A stretch of 64,000 nucleotides of DNA from Marinobacterium sp. (GTDB lineage Bacteria > Pseudomonadota > Gammaproteobacteria > Pseudomonadales > Balneatricaceae): contig JBLXDP010000014.1 in the NCBI GenBank assembly GCA_048264005.1, forward strand, positions 3,565 to 67,564. The letters are read 5' to 3'. Shown here piece by piece: positions 30,216 through 39,514 of the stretch. A program made the position numbers and the translations under genes. The number at the start of each line of letters is the position of its first letter. Position 1 is the stretch's first letter. Under the pieces are notes generated by a model. That model was given only the letters and a program-made list of their open reading frames with translations, searched no databases and had not been told where the DNA came from.

Positions 30216-31457
30216 TCAGTGCAGAGTGTGACCGACCAGGTAGCTGCCGGCGAAGCCGACGCTGTAGGCAACCAGAATATAAAGTGAGTAACGCATGAAG
30301 CTGAGGAAGGTGATCGCTTCAACTTTACTCATGGCGACGATACCGGCAGCGGAACCTACAACCAGCAATGAACCGCCAACGCCTACGGCATAGGTCAGGG
30401 TCAGCCAGCTTGCAGTATCCATGACGATGTTCGACTTCAGCAGCGCTGCGGTGAGGGGAACGTTGTCGACCAGAGAAGACAGCAAGCCCATTACAAAGTT
30501 GGCGCCAGTCGTTGGCAGGACATCATAGATTTTAACCAGTGAGTCCAGCACACCAATCTCTTTCAGCATGCCTACCAGCAATAGGATACCCAGAAAGAAC
30601 AGCAGGGTATCGAACTCGATCACACGAATGTAATCCAGCAGGTTTTCACGCTCGTCATTGCGATAGCACAGACGACCCACCAGGAACATGATCGACAGGC
30701 CGAACAGGAAGGTCAGCAGAGGCGGTACGCCAGCGATGACGTTGAGAATGATGGTGGAGAAAATGGTCATCAGGAAGATCATCGCGATTACCATGCCGAC
30801 CTTATCATCACGGCGCGGGGTGGGGTGGATGACCACCTCGCCTTTAAGCGGACGTGACAACATACCGGCCAGCAGCAAGACACTTACCAGTGAAGGCAGA
30901 CTGAGCCAGAGCAGGTCGTCGATAGCGACTTTTTCCTGCATGAAGATCATCAGCGTGGTTACGTCGCCGGTAATCAGTGCCACACCCCCGGAGTTGACAG
31001 CAAACACCACCAGAACCGCAAAGCGGCGGGTTTTACGCGCATCCAGTTTCAGTGATAAAACCAGCGCGACCGAGATCAATGTGGCGGTAATGTTGTCGGA
31101 GAGGGATGAGAAAAAGAACGCAAATCCTGCTACCAGGAACATGAGCTTACGTTCGCTGAGTCTTTGTGGCAGTACCTTGTAAATCATGGTTTCAACCAGA
31201 CCCTGATGGTTGAGGAACGCCACAAAGGTCATGGCGGCCATCAGGAAGAGCCAGAGGCTGGCGATTTCGAGGATGTTTTCGTTCAATTGTTCCTGTATAT
31301 CCCGGCTTTCAAGGCCGTGTTGGGGGAAGAGGAACATTAATAACCAGGCAAGGGTGCCGAGGAAGAGAGTGGTTTTCGCCTTGTTGATGTGGAACACATC
31401 TTCCAGAACGATCATCAGGAAGGCGATACCTGCAATCGTCAGTAATAGTATTTGCAT
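30216..31457 (-). CDS. nhaD: NhaD-family Na+/H+ antiporter (IT superfamily)
   Basis: SSLSDNITAT, VNSGGV...GDVTT, SSLVDNVPLT, GGSLLVVGSAAG. Confidence 0.85.
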   Translation of the reverse strand: MQILLLTIAGIAFLMIVLEDVFHINKAKTTLFLGTLAWLLMFLFPQHGLESRDIQEQLNENILEIASLWLFLMAAMTFVAFLNHQGLVETMIYKVLPQRLSERKLMFLVAGFAFFFSSLSDNITATLISVALVLSLKLDARKTRRFAVLVVFAVNSGGVALITGDVTTLMIFMQEKVAIDDLLWLSLPSLVSVLLLAGMLSRPLKGEVVIHPTPRRDDKVGMVIAMIFLMTIFSTIILNVIAGVPPLLTFLFGLSIMFLVGRLCYRNDERENLLDYIRVIEFDTLLFFLGILLLVGMLKEIGVLDSLVKIYDVLPTTGANFVMGLLSSLVDNVPLTAALLKSNIVMDTASWLTLTYAVGVGGSLLVVGSAAGIVAMSKVEAITFLSFMRYSLYILVAYSVGFAGSYLVGHTLH

Positions 31458-31530
31458 CGGTAGAACCGAGCCCCCAAAATTGTGTGGAAGCGCGATTTTA
31501 CGCCGGTTGTGGCAGCTAAGACAGAATAAA

Positions 31531-31812
31531 ATGGATCACAAAAGCAACACAGAATTGCAACAATGGTGGGTATACATGCTGCGGTGTGCAGATGATAGTC
31601 TGTACACAGGTGTTACCACTGATCTGGTTCGCCGCCTGGATGAGCATAATGGAAAACATGCAGGTCGCGGTGCACGTTATACGCGTGCTCGACGCCCAGT
31701 GAAGCTGGTATGGCAGGAGGCCGGACACGATCGGGGCAGTGCGTTAAAGCGTGAGTATGAACTCAAGCAACTAAGCCGTCGGGAAAAACTCTTGCTATGC
31801 ATCAATAGTTGA
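31531..31812 (+). CDS. GIY-YIG nuclease family protein (YhbQ-like)
   Basis: WVYMLRCADDSLYTGVTTDLVRRLDEHN...ARYTR...ALKREYELK. Confidence 0.88.
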   Translation: MDHKSNTELQQWWVYMLRCADDSLYTGVTTDLVRRLDEHNGKHAGRGARYTRARRPVKLVWQEAGHDRGSALKREYELKQLSRREKLLLCINS

Positions 31813-31887
31813 GATGACGCTGTTTGGTAACAAAATGTTATTATAGGCGCCGAAGATTTTTCCCCCACATATCGGTGAAGTTGCAGT

Positions 31888-32187
31888 ATGTTCGAAGTAG
31901 TAAAAGAACAGTATTTTCCCACCCACTCCCACCCCAATGGCCGAGGTTTCCAGCCCTGGTATGAGCAGGTCGGCCGCAAGGTATTCCGCAGTTTTGGACA
32001 TCCGGAAGGCAAGTCGTCTGAGCCCGAGTTCCTGGTCCAGCAGGATAAGCTTATTTCGCTAAGCAGCGAGCAGGAGCCAGGTTTGGCGGGTGCCCCCTGG
32101 TTTGTCATTCGAAATGGGTTGATTTACCCAGGCTATGGGCACCCTGCCGGTAGCAGCAAGGTGCCCTGGTTCGAACTGCGTCGCTGA
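31888..32187 (+). CDS. Hypothetical protein with four internal 23-24-aa repeats
   Basis: HPNG..PWY / HPEG..PEF / EPG..PWF / HPAG..PWF. Confidence 0.6.
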   Translation: MFEVVKEQYFPTHSHPNGRGFQPWYEQVGRKVFRSFGHPEGKSSEPEFLVQQDKLISLSSEQEPGLAGAPWFVIRNGLIYPGYGHPAGSSKVPWFELRR

Positions 32188-33369
32188 TCAGAACTTCACA
32201 TCAATCTTCTGAGCGCAGGTGCGAGCCTGCTCGCGCGCTTCGTCAATCGAGTCTGAAATAGCCAGGGCGACGCCCATGCGGCGACGGCCATGAATCTCCG
32301 GCTTGCCGAACAGGCGCAGGTCAGTATTCGGTGCGGCCAGGGCCTGCTGCAGATTGGCAAAACGGGTTTGATTCGACTCGCCTGTTGGCAGGATTACGGC
32401 AGATGCTGCAGGTCCGTGCTGGCGAATGGTCGGTACCGGCAGGTTCAGGATCGCACGTGCATGCAGTGCAAATTCAGACAGGTTCTGAGAAATCAGCGTC
32501 ACCATGCCGGTATCATGCGGGCGAGGTGATACTTCACTGAACAGCACTTCGTCACCCTTGATGAACAGCTCAACACCGAAGATGCCGTGACCACCCAAAG
32601 CACCGGTGACTTTCTCGGCAACGTCGCGTGCATTCTCGAGCGCTTTCGGTGTCATTGCCTGGGGTTGCCAGGATTCACGGTAGTCGCCGTCAACCTGGAT
32701 ATGGCCAATGGGATCGCAGAAGCTGGTGCCACCAATGTGACGCACCGTGAGCAGTGTGATTTCGTAATCGAAGTCAACAAAGCCTTCAACAATGACACGT
32801 CCGCCACCCGCGCGGCCACCTTCCTGTGCATAGCGCCAGGCCTGTTCCAGGTCGGCATCATTGCGCAGGGTGCTTTGTCCCTTGCCGGACGAACTCATAA
32901 TCGGTTTTACGATACAGGGGTAGCCGATCTCGGCAACAGCTGCGCGGAACTCGGCTTCATCGCCGGCAAAGCGGTAGGCAGAGGTGGTCAATCCCAGTTC
33001 TTCAGCCGCCAGACGTCGAATACCTTCGCGGTTCATTGTGAGCTGAGTCGCACGAGCGGTTGGAATGACGGTAAAGCCTTCCTGCTCAAGCTCAGCCAGG
33101 GTATCGGTCGCAATGGCTTCAATTTCTGGCACTATGTAATGAGGCTGTTCCAGTTCGACAACCTTGCGCAGGGCTTTGCCATCCAGCATGGAGATGACAT
33201 GTGAGCGATGGGCGACCTGCATGCCAGGGCTGTTTTCATACCGGTCTACGACAATCACTTCCACACCCAGGCGCTGCAGTTCAATCACCACTTCCTTGCC
33301 CAGTTCGCCGCCTCCACACATGAGTACGCGGGTGGCTGTAGAAGAGAGGGGGGTGCCCAGTGTGGTCAT
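32188..33369 (-). CDS. purT: Formate-dependent phosphoribosylglycinamide formyltransferase
   Basis: [49 protein letters not shown]. Confidence 0.97.
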   Translation of the reverse strand: MTTLGTPLSSTATRVLMCGGGELGKEVVIELQRLGVEVIVVDRYENSPGMQVAHRSHVISMLDGKALRKVVELEQPHYIVPEIEAIATDTLAELEQEGFTVIPTARATQLTMNREGIRRLAAEELGLTTSAYRFAGDEAEFRAAVAEIGYPCIVKPIMSSSGKGQSTLRNDADLEQAWRYAQEGGRAGGGRVIVEGFVDFDYEITLLTVRHIGGTSFCDPIGHIQVDGDYRESWQPQAMTPKALENARDVAEKVTGALGGHGIFGVELFIKGDEVLFSEVSPRPHDTGMVTLISQNLSEFALHARAILNLPVPTIRQHGPAASAVILPTGESNQTRFANLQQALAAPNTDLRLFGKPEIHGRRRMGVALAISDSIDEAREQARTCAQKIDVKF

Positions 33370-33585
33370 GGATTCGCTTCCTGTTGAAAAAGTTTCACGC
33401 ATTATAGGGCGTGTGAGGGCAGGAAGACCAATGATGGCGACTATACTTAGGTCGCTTTGGGGATGATTTAGTACTTAAGACTCATACCCCCAGGTATGGT
33501 CCTTGGCCGGTTATTTGCGGCCTGATCGGGCTGCCCGTATTGGGCAGCCCGCTTTATATCGGGGTATGTGCTTTTAGAAGATCGC

Positions 33586-34212
33586 TTAGAAGTTGACGAT
33601 CAGGCTGATGGCAATGCCCCACATCATCAGGCAGATGAGGCCGTCCAAAACGCGCCAGGCACCGGGTTTACGGAACAGCGGAGCCAGCCAGCGTGCACCC
33701 AGGCAAAGACTACTGAACCAGATAACCGAGAAGCTGATTGCGCCGATGGCAAACCAGGTGCGCAGCTCAGGTTCATACTGACCACCGAGGCCGCCAATCA
33801 GCACGACAGTATCCAGATAGGCATGAGGGTTCAGCAGGGTTACGGCCGCAGTGGTAAGAAGTGCGCTGCGCAGGTTGCCAATGCGTTTGCCGCCCGTGAT
33901 CAGGCTCTGACTGTCCAGAGCACGGCGTGCGGCCTGAAGGCCAAACCAGAACAGGAACAGTGCACCGCCCCAGCGAGCCACTTCCATCAGGATGGGGGAC
34001 TGGTTAAACAGCACGCCGAGTCCTACAACACCCGCGGTAATCAAAAGACCATCAAACAGCATGCAGGCCAGTGCGATGGGCCAGTGGAACTCCCTTCTCA
34101 AGCTTTGGGTGAGCACGAAAGCATTTTGAGCACCTATGGCCATGATTAACCCTGCCGAGGTCGCCAGGCCTTTACTCCAAACGATCATTTCAAGGGGGAA
34201 AAGTGGGTTCAT
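33586..34212 (-). CDS. argO: Arginine/lysine exporter ArgO (LysE family)
   Basis: LIMAIGAQNAFVL, TLLNPHAYLDT; divergent from argP; start uncertain (34188/34212/34260). Confidence 0.88.
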   Translation of the reverse strand: MNPLFPLEMIVWSKGLATSAGLIMAIGAQNAFVLTQSLRREFHWPIALACMLFDGLLITAGVVGLGVLFNQSPILMEVARWGGALFLFWFGLQAARRALDSQSLITGGKRIGNLRSALLTTAAVTLLNPHAYLDTVVLIGGLGGQYEPELRTWFAIGAISFSVIWFSSLCLGARWLAPLFRKPGAWRVLDGLICLMMWGIAISLIVNF

Positions 34213-34308
34213 GGTCTTGCGGTACTCCAGCGGAAACAGGGGTTGAGTTGAGGCTGGCAATGTTGCGATGATTGTTGATGTAAGTAAAACTAATGTTTTT
34301 TATAACTG

Positions 34309-34323
34309 ATTAGAGTTGCTAAT
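34309..34323. promoter_or_regulatory. Candidate ArgP binding site
   Basis: ATTAG-AGTTG-CTAAT dyad (T-N11-A) in the argO/argP divergon; weaker copy TAAGTAAAACTAAT at about 34281. Confidence 0.6.
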
Positions 34324-34324
34324 A

Positions 34325-35248
34325 ATGTTCGATATGCGTCAGTTGTCAGCCCTTGCTGCGGTCGTTGAAGAGCAGAGTTTCGAGCGTGCTGCTCAGCGTC
34401 TGCATGTTACCCAGTCAGCGGTTTCACAGCGTGTAAAGCAGCTGGAAGAGCGCTTGGGTCAGGTGTTGGTCAAGCGCACTGTTCCTATCCAGGCGACGGA
34501 GGCGGGACAGATTATTCTGAAGCATTTTCGACAGGTCAGCTTGCTGGAAGATGAGTTGTTGCAAGCCCTGTCACAGCAAGATGCGCAGGGCTTTACCCGA
34601 GTCGCCATCGGATTGAATGCCGACAGTTTGGAAACCTGGTTTCCTGATGCGGTTGCACCATTGGTGACGCAGCAGCGACTGCTGCTGGATCTGAAAGTGG
34701 ATGACCAGGATGCGACGCATCAATTCTTGAAAGATGGGGAGGTGATCGGGTGTATTACGTCATCCGCCAAGGCGATGCCGGGTTGTCTGTGTGTGCCGCT
34801 GGGCGTAATGCCGTACCGATGCCTGGCCAATCGTGACTATTTGGAACGCTATTTTCCAGAGGGTGTTGTAGCAGATGGCTTTCGACGTGCGCCGGTGGCT
34901 GAGTTCAGTCACAAGGATCAGCTGCAGAACCGCTATTTGCAGCAGTTTTTTGGCTTGGGTGCGCATGAGTATCCACGTCATCGCATCCCCTCATCTCACA
35001 TGTTCTGTGGTGTCATTGAGCGTGGATTGGCCTGCGGCATGGTGCCGGATCAGCAGGGGCAACCGATGATAGAGCAGGGTACTGCCGTTGATATGACGCC
35101 GGGGCGGTATCTGGCTGTGCCGCTCTATTGGCATGTTTGGAATCTGGGATCTGAGCTGATTCGTCAGCTGACAGATGTGCTGGTCGTAGAGGCTGAACGG
35201 CAATTGGATGGCTTCACGCAGCATGAGCAGCTGACCCATTCGACCTAG
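34325..35248 (+). CDS. argP: LysR-family regulator ArgP (IciA)
   Basis: SFERAAQRLHVTQSAVSQRVKQLEE, IGLNADSLETW, PLYWHVW. Confidence 0.92.
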   Translation: MFDMRQLSALAAVVEEQSFERAAQRLHVTQSAVSQRVKQLEERLGQVLVKRTVPIQATEAGQIILKHFRQVSLLEDELLQALSQQDAQGFTRVAIGLNADSLETWFPDAVAPLVTQQRLLLDLKVDDQDATHQFLKDGEVIGCITSSAKAMPGCLCVPLGVMPYRCLANRDYLERYFPEGVVADGFRRAPVAEFSHKDQLQNRYLQQFFGLGAHEYPRHRIPSSHMFCGVIERGLACGMVPDQQGQPMIEQGTAVDMTPGRYLAVPLYWHVWNLGSELIRQLTDVLVVEAERQLDGFTQHEQLTHST

Positions 35249-35271
35249 CACCATGCATGCAAACTGCAGAT

Positions 35272-35312
35272 ATAAAAATGCCGCGCTCTGAAAACAGAGT
35301 GCGGCATTTTAT
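35272..35312. terminator. Bidirectional terminator argP/deaD
   Basis: ATAAAAATGCCGCGCTCTG-AAAA-CAGAGTGCGGCATTTTAT. Confidence 0.9.
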
Positions 35313-35333
35313 AAATGCTATAGCGTCAGGCGA

Positions 35334-37076
35334 TTAGTCGCGCGGACGACGCGGTGCCGGCTTGCTGGAGCGCGGGCGACGAGGAGCATCACCTTTTTCC
35401 ATCCAGAGACGGATATCCAGACGCTGACCGCATACGCGGGCACGCTTCAGTGTCTGCATCTGCTGGCTGTTCAGGCCGGACGGCAGATCTACACAGCTGA
35501 ACTCGTCAGCAATGTTGATGCGACCGATCTGACGGCTTTCAATACCGGCTTCGTTTGCGATAGCGCCAACGATATTACCCGGCTTAACACCGTGCAGGTG
35601 GCCAACACCGATCCAGTAACGTTCCATGCCATCAGCAACCGGCTCGTTGCGCTGGTTGCGACGCGGACGGTCGCCGCGATCACCACGGTCGCCGCGGTCA
35701 CCACGATCCTGACGTTCGCGCGGAGCAGGGCGGTTGGGATCTGGCTCGTTTTCGTTCATCCACAGCGGCTTGTCTTTGTGCATCAGCGCAATTGTAGCGG
35801 CAACCAGCTGCTCAGGCGTCAGCTCAGACTGTTCCTGCAGGGCGTTGATGACCGGCAGGTATTCTTCCAGCTTGGCAGACTCAGCGGCTTCCAGGATCTT
35901 CTTCTGCAGGCGCTCGGCACGCAGGGCGTTGATCTGCTTGGCAGTCGGCAACTCCAGAGTGTCCAGCGGCTGGCGCGTAGTGCGTTCGATCTGCTTCAGC
36001 AGGCGCTGTTCGCGGTTGGTCACGAACAGAATGGCATCACCCTGGCGTCCGGCACGACCGGTACGACCGATGCGGTGGATGTACGACTCGGTGTCGTAAG
36101 GGATGTCGTAGTTGATAACGTGACTGATGCGCTCAACGTCCAGGCCTCGGGCCACAACGTCGGTTGCGATCACAACGTCCAGTTCGCCCTTCTTCAGCCT
36201 GCTGACGATGCGCTCACGCTGAGCCTGGGCGATGTCGCCGTGCAGCGCAGCAGCGGGGAAGCCCGCCTGAGTCAGTTCTTCGGCAAGGGATTCGGTCGCT
36301 GTTTTGGTGCGAACGAATACCAGAGCCGCTTCGTGCTCGTGCAGTTCAAGAATGCGCGTCAGGGCTTGAGTCTTGCTCATGCCGCGAACGGTCCAGGTGC
36401 GCTGACGGATGGTGCTGGCAGTCGCTGTCTGGGCCTTGATTTTGATGACAGCCGGTTCCTGCAGGTAGTTTTCCGCAATGTTGCGAATGGCCTGAGGCAT
36501 AGTGGCTGAGAACAGGGCGATCTGACGCTGGGACGGCGTGTGCTGCAGGATCCACTCGACATCGTCGATGAAGCCCATGCGCAGCATTTCGTCAGCTTCG
36601 TCCAGTACGAGCGCCTGCAGACGGTCCAGCTGTAGGGTGCCACGACGGATGTGGTCCATCACTCGGCCCGGAGTACCGATGATAACCTGAGCACCGCGAC
36701 GCAGGCCGCGGATCTGGCTGTCGTAACCCTGGCCACCATAGATAGACAGAGTGCGCAGGCCGGGCAGGTGCTTGGAGTATTTCTCACAGGCAGTCGCAAC
36801 CTGAAGGGCCAGTTCGCGTGTGGGTGCCAGTACCAGCAGCTGCGGGTGGGTGGCGGTAGTATCAATACGCTGAAGCAAAGGCAGAGCGAAAGCGGCAGTT
36901 TTACCTGTGCCGGTCTGCGCCATACCTAGCAGATCCTGCCCTTCGAGCAGAGGCGGAATACTCCGGGCCTGAATCGGTGAAGGCGTTTCGTAGCCTACAT
37001 CGGCCAGTGCGTTGAGAATAGGAGTAGACAGTCCCAAATCGCCAAAGTTGGCGGGGCTGGTATCAGTTTCGGACAT
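35334..37076 (-). CDS. deaD: DEAD-box RNA helicase DeaD/CsdA
   Basis: AQTGTGKT, DEAD, SAT, HRIGRTGR; C-terminal DbpA domain (VKPGNIVGAIANE). Confidence 0.95.
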   Translation of the reverse strand: MSETDTSPANFGDLGLSTPILNALADVGYETPSPIQARSIPPLLEGQDLLGMAQTGTGKTAAFALPLLQRIDTTATHPQLLVLAPTRELALQVATACEKYSKHLPGLRTLSIYGGQGYDSQIRGLRRGAQVIIGTPGRVMDHIRRGTLQLDRLQALVLDEADEMLRMGFIDDVEWILQHTPSQRQIALFSATMPQAIRNIAENYLQEPAVIKIKAQTATASTIRQRTWTVRGMSKTQALTRILELHEHEAALVFVRTKTATESLAEELTQAGFPAAALHGDIAQAQRERIVSRLKKGELDVVIATDVVARGLDVERISHVINYDIPYDTESYIHRIGRTGRAGRQGDAILFVTNREQRLLKQIERTTRQPLDTLELPTAKQINALRAERLQKKILEAAESAKLEEYLPVINALQEQSELTPEQLVAATIALMHKDKPLWMNENEPDPNRPAPRERQDRGDRGDRGDRGDRPRRNQRNEPVADGMERYWIGVGHLHGVKPGNIVGAIANEAGIESRQIGRINIADEFSCVDLPSGLNSQQMQTLKRARVCGQRLDIRLWMEKGDAPRRPRSSKPAPRRPRD

Positions 37077-37243
37077 GCTGTGAGTTACACCTGGGTCTTT
37101 TTAAGAGGAGGCAACAGGAATGCGCGTGTCTGAATGATAAAAGCGCGTGCTGCCTGAAATAAGGCGCAAATTATAAGCGAAAGCTTGTGAAAGGTCCACT
37201 GAATTACTTCATCAGCGATGTGGACCTTTCAGAAATGATGGAT

Positions 37244-38026
37244 TTATTGCTGTTGAATGAAGTGGTTATAGATATTCACCAGCTCAGATTCATCAAAACG
37301 AACAATAATTAGTTGCTGCCCGGGGTGAATTACATCGGGGTTCTGGCCCAGTAAGCCATGTTCATAGTTGTAGACCCAGGTGGATTCCACCTTGTTCTTC
37401 AGCAGAGTACCCAACCAGGAGCTGCGTTTATCGGTCAGCGGCTCATCAGCATCCTCGGGGATGGAAACGCTCAGTAGACGCGAGCGATCGTCGACGCGGA
37501 TGCCACGCGTAAAGGTTTCGATCAGACCTTGGTGAATAATCCCCCAGAGGCCTTGACGGTCTGCGCCATCAACCGAGTGGATATAAAAAACTTCATTACT
37601 TGCCTGATCCGGATTGTTCAGCAACTCCTGCAGGCGCATTTTGTTCATACTGGAGAGCTGAACACTGCTGGATCCGAGCTGGTTTGGGGCACCGACTTTG
37701 GCTCTCTCAACGGCGAAGGCGACGGCGGTGGAGTCGGAGTCAACCTTGTCCAGCGCCAATGAGTCCTCAGCAGCCCCTTTTACTTCCGGCAATTCCAGTA
37801 ATTGATTGCCGCGGACGAAGTGATCGGCTTCATTCATTGCCAGTGTCTGCTCGGCAGCCTGTTGGGTCAGACTGTCGATATGGCTTTTGGCTTCCCGCTG
37901 GGCTTCTTCAGAAACAGGAGGAGGCGTGCTGCCATCCGACAGAACGGGCTCGGGTGTTGGCTGCAGAAACAGATATCCGGCAGCCACAAAAATAATGAGC
38001 GTGAAAACTACTATCAGACGCTGCAT
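37244..38026 (-). CDS. Membrane-anchored hypothetical protein with split LysM-like motif
   Basis: N-terminal TM; HSVDGADRQGLWGII...NPDVIHPGQQLII. Confidence 0.65.
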   Translation of the reverse strand: MQRLIVVFTLIIFVAAGYLFLQPTPEPVLSDGSTPPPVSEEAQREAKSHIDSLTQQAAEQTLAMNEADHFVRGNQLLELPEVKGAAEDSLALDKVDSDSTAVAFAVERAKVGAPNQLGSSSVQLSSMNKMRLQELLNNPDQASNEVFYIHSVDGADRQGLWGIIHQGLIETFTRGIRVDDRSRLLSVSIPEDADEPLTDKRSSWLGTLLKNKVESTWVYNYEHGLLGQNPDVIHPGQQLIIVRFDESELVNIYNHFIQQQ

Positions 38027-38154
38027 GACGGTCGATCACCTCTTCCATTGGTTGCTTACACTCTAATAGAGAATACGCCTGCTGCAAAACGTTCAATTCC
38101 GTTCTGACTGCTGTCACAATAGGAGTTGTAACATACGGATACGAGGAGAAGGCC

Positions 38155-38742
38155 ATGCAACCTGGGCACGATGACAGTTTTACCGAACTGATGCAGTCTG
38201 AGGGTGTTACGCGTATCCAGCCAGCTCGCCACGCTGGTGCGGCAGTACCGGCAGCCCGATCGCTGCGGGCAGATCCCTCCAAAAGCATTCGCCGGCGATT
38301 GGCACAGGGCTCACCTGAGGGGCTCTCTCTGGATCAGGTCGAGTGGTTGCACCCTGCGGATCCGATCAGCTGGAAGCGTGAAGGAGTACAGGAAGGGGTC
38401 TTCAGGAACCTGAGATTGGGCCGATACAACAGCGATGCCAACCTGAACCTGCAACATTTTGAGCCTTCACAAGCGCGGGATGAGTTGGTTGGCTTTATTC
38501 GCCAAAGCCACGAGTTCGGCATACGCACAGTGACCGTTCAAATTGGACGCGCTCGCGGTGTTGAGGATCCGGCTAACCGTCTCAAAAGCTATTTGGACCA
38601 ATGGCTGAAGCAGTTGGATCTGGTGCTGGCTTACCACTCCGGGCAGCCTCAGCACGGTGGATTGGCAGCAGTCTATATAATGTTGCGCAAGAATGCCCAG
38701 AACCGTCAGCAGAACTGGGAGCAACATCAGAAACGGCGTTAG
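38155..38742 (+). CDS. Smr-domain protein (SmrA-like) with degenerate motifs
   Basis: KREGVQEGVFRNLRLG, RLKSYLDQWL, HGGLAAVYIML; DLH and HGKG motifs altered. Confidence 0.8.
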   Translation: MQPGHDDSFTELMQSEGVTRIQPARHAGAAVPAARSLRADPSKSIRRRLAQGSPEGLSLDQVEWLHPADPISWKREGVQEGVFRNLRLGRYNSDANLNLQHFEPSQARDELVGFIRQSHEFGIRTVTVQIGRARGVEDPANRLKSYLDQWLKQLDLVLAYHSGQPQHGGLAAVYIMLRKNAQNRQQNWEQHQKRR

Positions 38743-38809
38743 GTCTGGCGCATTGAATTAAGTGGCGAAAGCCGCTTTACTGAACAGGGACAAAGGTGAG
38801 GATGCCTGC

Positions 38810-39514
38810 ATGGATTCGGTTTTTGTGGAACAGCTCAAACGCAGTCGTTACCTGGTAACCCTGTTGATGGTGCTGAACGCCTTGGTGTTGGCGTTGACTG
38901 CGAGTGGTGAGACGTCGCTGGGCCTTCGGCTTCTGGCGGGTTTGGCGCTGGTTGTGACGCTGTCATTGTTCATCATGTTGCGTAATCGCAGTATGAGCCA
39001 GGCGGCTTCCCAGGCGAACGAACCCTTGTTGGCTGTCGACCCCAATACCGGTATTGCGACAGAGCATTGGTACCGTCACATGCTGGCGCTTGAGTGCCGC
39101 AGGGCTGTACGCGAGTTCAGCCCCCTGACGGTCATGCGGATCAGTCTTGGCCGTGGGGTCAAGCGTGAACACCTGCTGCAAGTGGTCAGAGTTTTGAGTG
39201 AAGAGTTATCACGTCCTGGTGATCTTATAGGTTGGGACGGCGAGCATGAAATTGGGGCTGTTCTGCCGGCCACCAATGAACATGCAGGGGCACTCGCGAA
39301 ACGCTGCTACGATCAGATTCTTCAAAATACGTCTATCGGTGAGGACTCCCTCTGGTTGGCCGCCCAAACTTTCCAGCCCCGTGGCAGCCTGAATCTGGCG
39401 CGGGTGATGGAATACATGGGGGCGCGAATGCAGGCTCAGCCTGAGCCTGGCATGTACTATGAAGCCGAGCATGCAACCACACCTGACGACAACATGATGT
39501 ATTCTGAAGGATGA
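38810..39514 (+). CDS. Membrane protein with degenerate GGDEF domain
   Basis: Two TM; DPNTGI; RPGD I-site; WDGEHE replaces GG(D/E)EF. Confidence 0.75.
   Translation: MDSVFVEQLKRSRYLVTLLMVLNALVLALTASGETSLGLRLLAGLALVVTLSLFIMLRNRSMSQAASQANEPLLAVDPNTGIATEHWYRHMLALECRRAVREFSPLTVMRISLGRGVKREHLLQVVRVLSEELSRPGDLIGWDGEHEIGAVLPATNEHAGALAKRCYDQILQNTSIGEDSLWLAAQTFQPRGSLNLARVMEYMGARMQAQPEPGMYYEAEHATTPDDNMMYSEG

Noticed and set aside
33370-33585. ZTP (pfl) riboswitch upstream of purT
   Set aside because: Conserved ZTP motifs were not found, and a TATAAT -10 lies about 30 nt from the purT start, leaving no room for an aptamer
35666-35720. GDR/DRG tandem repeats in deaD
   Set aside because: A low-complexity Arg/Gly/Asp linker is normal for DeaD C-terminal regions
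35592-36509. Long antisense ORFs (e.g. 35592-36509, 32587-33204, 21101-21730, 50341-51087, 33568-34149)
   Set aside because: They are shadows of well-supported genes on the opposite strand, expected from GC-rich codon bias, with no recognisable motifs or RBS
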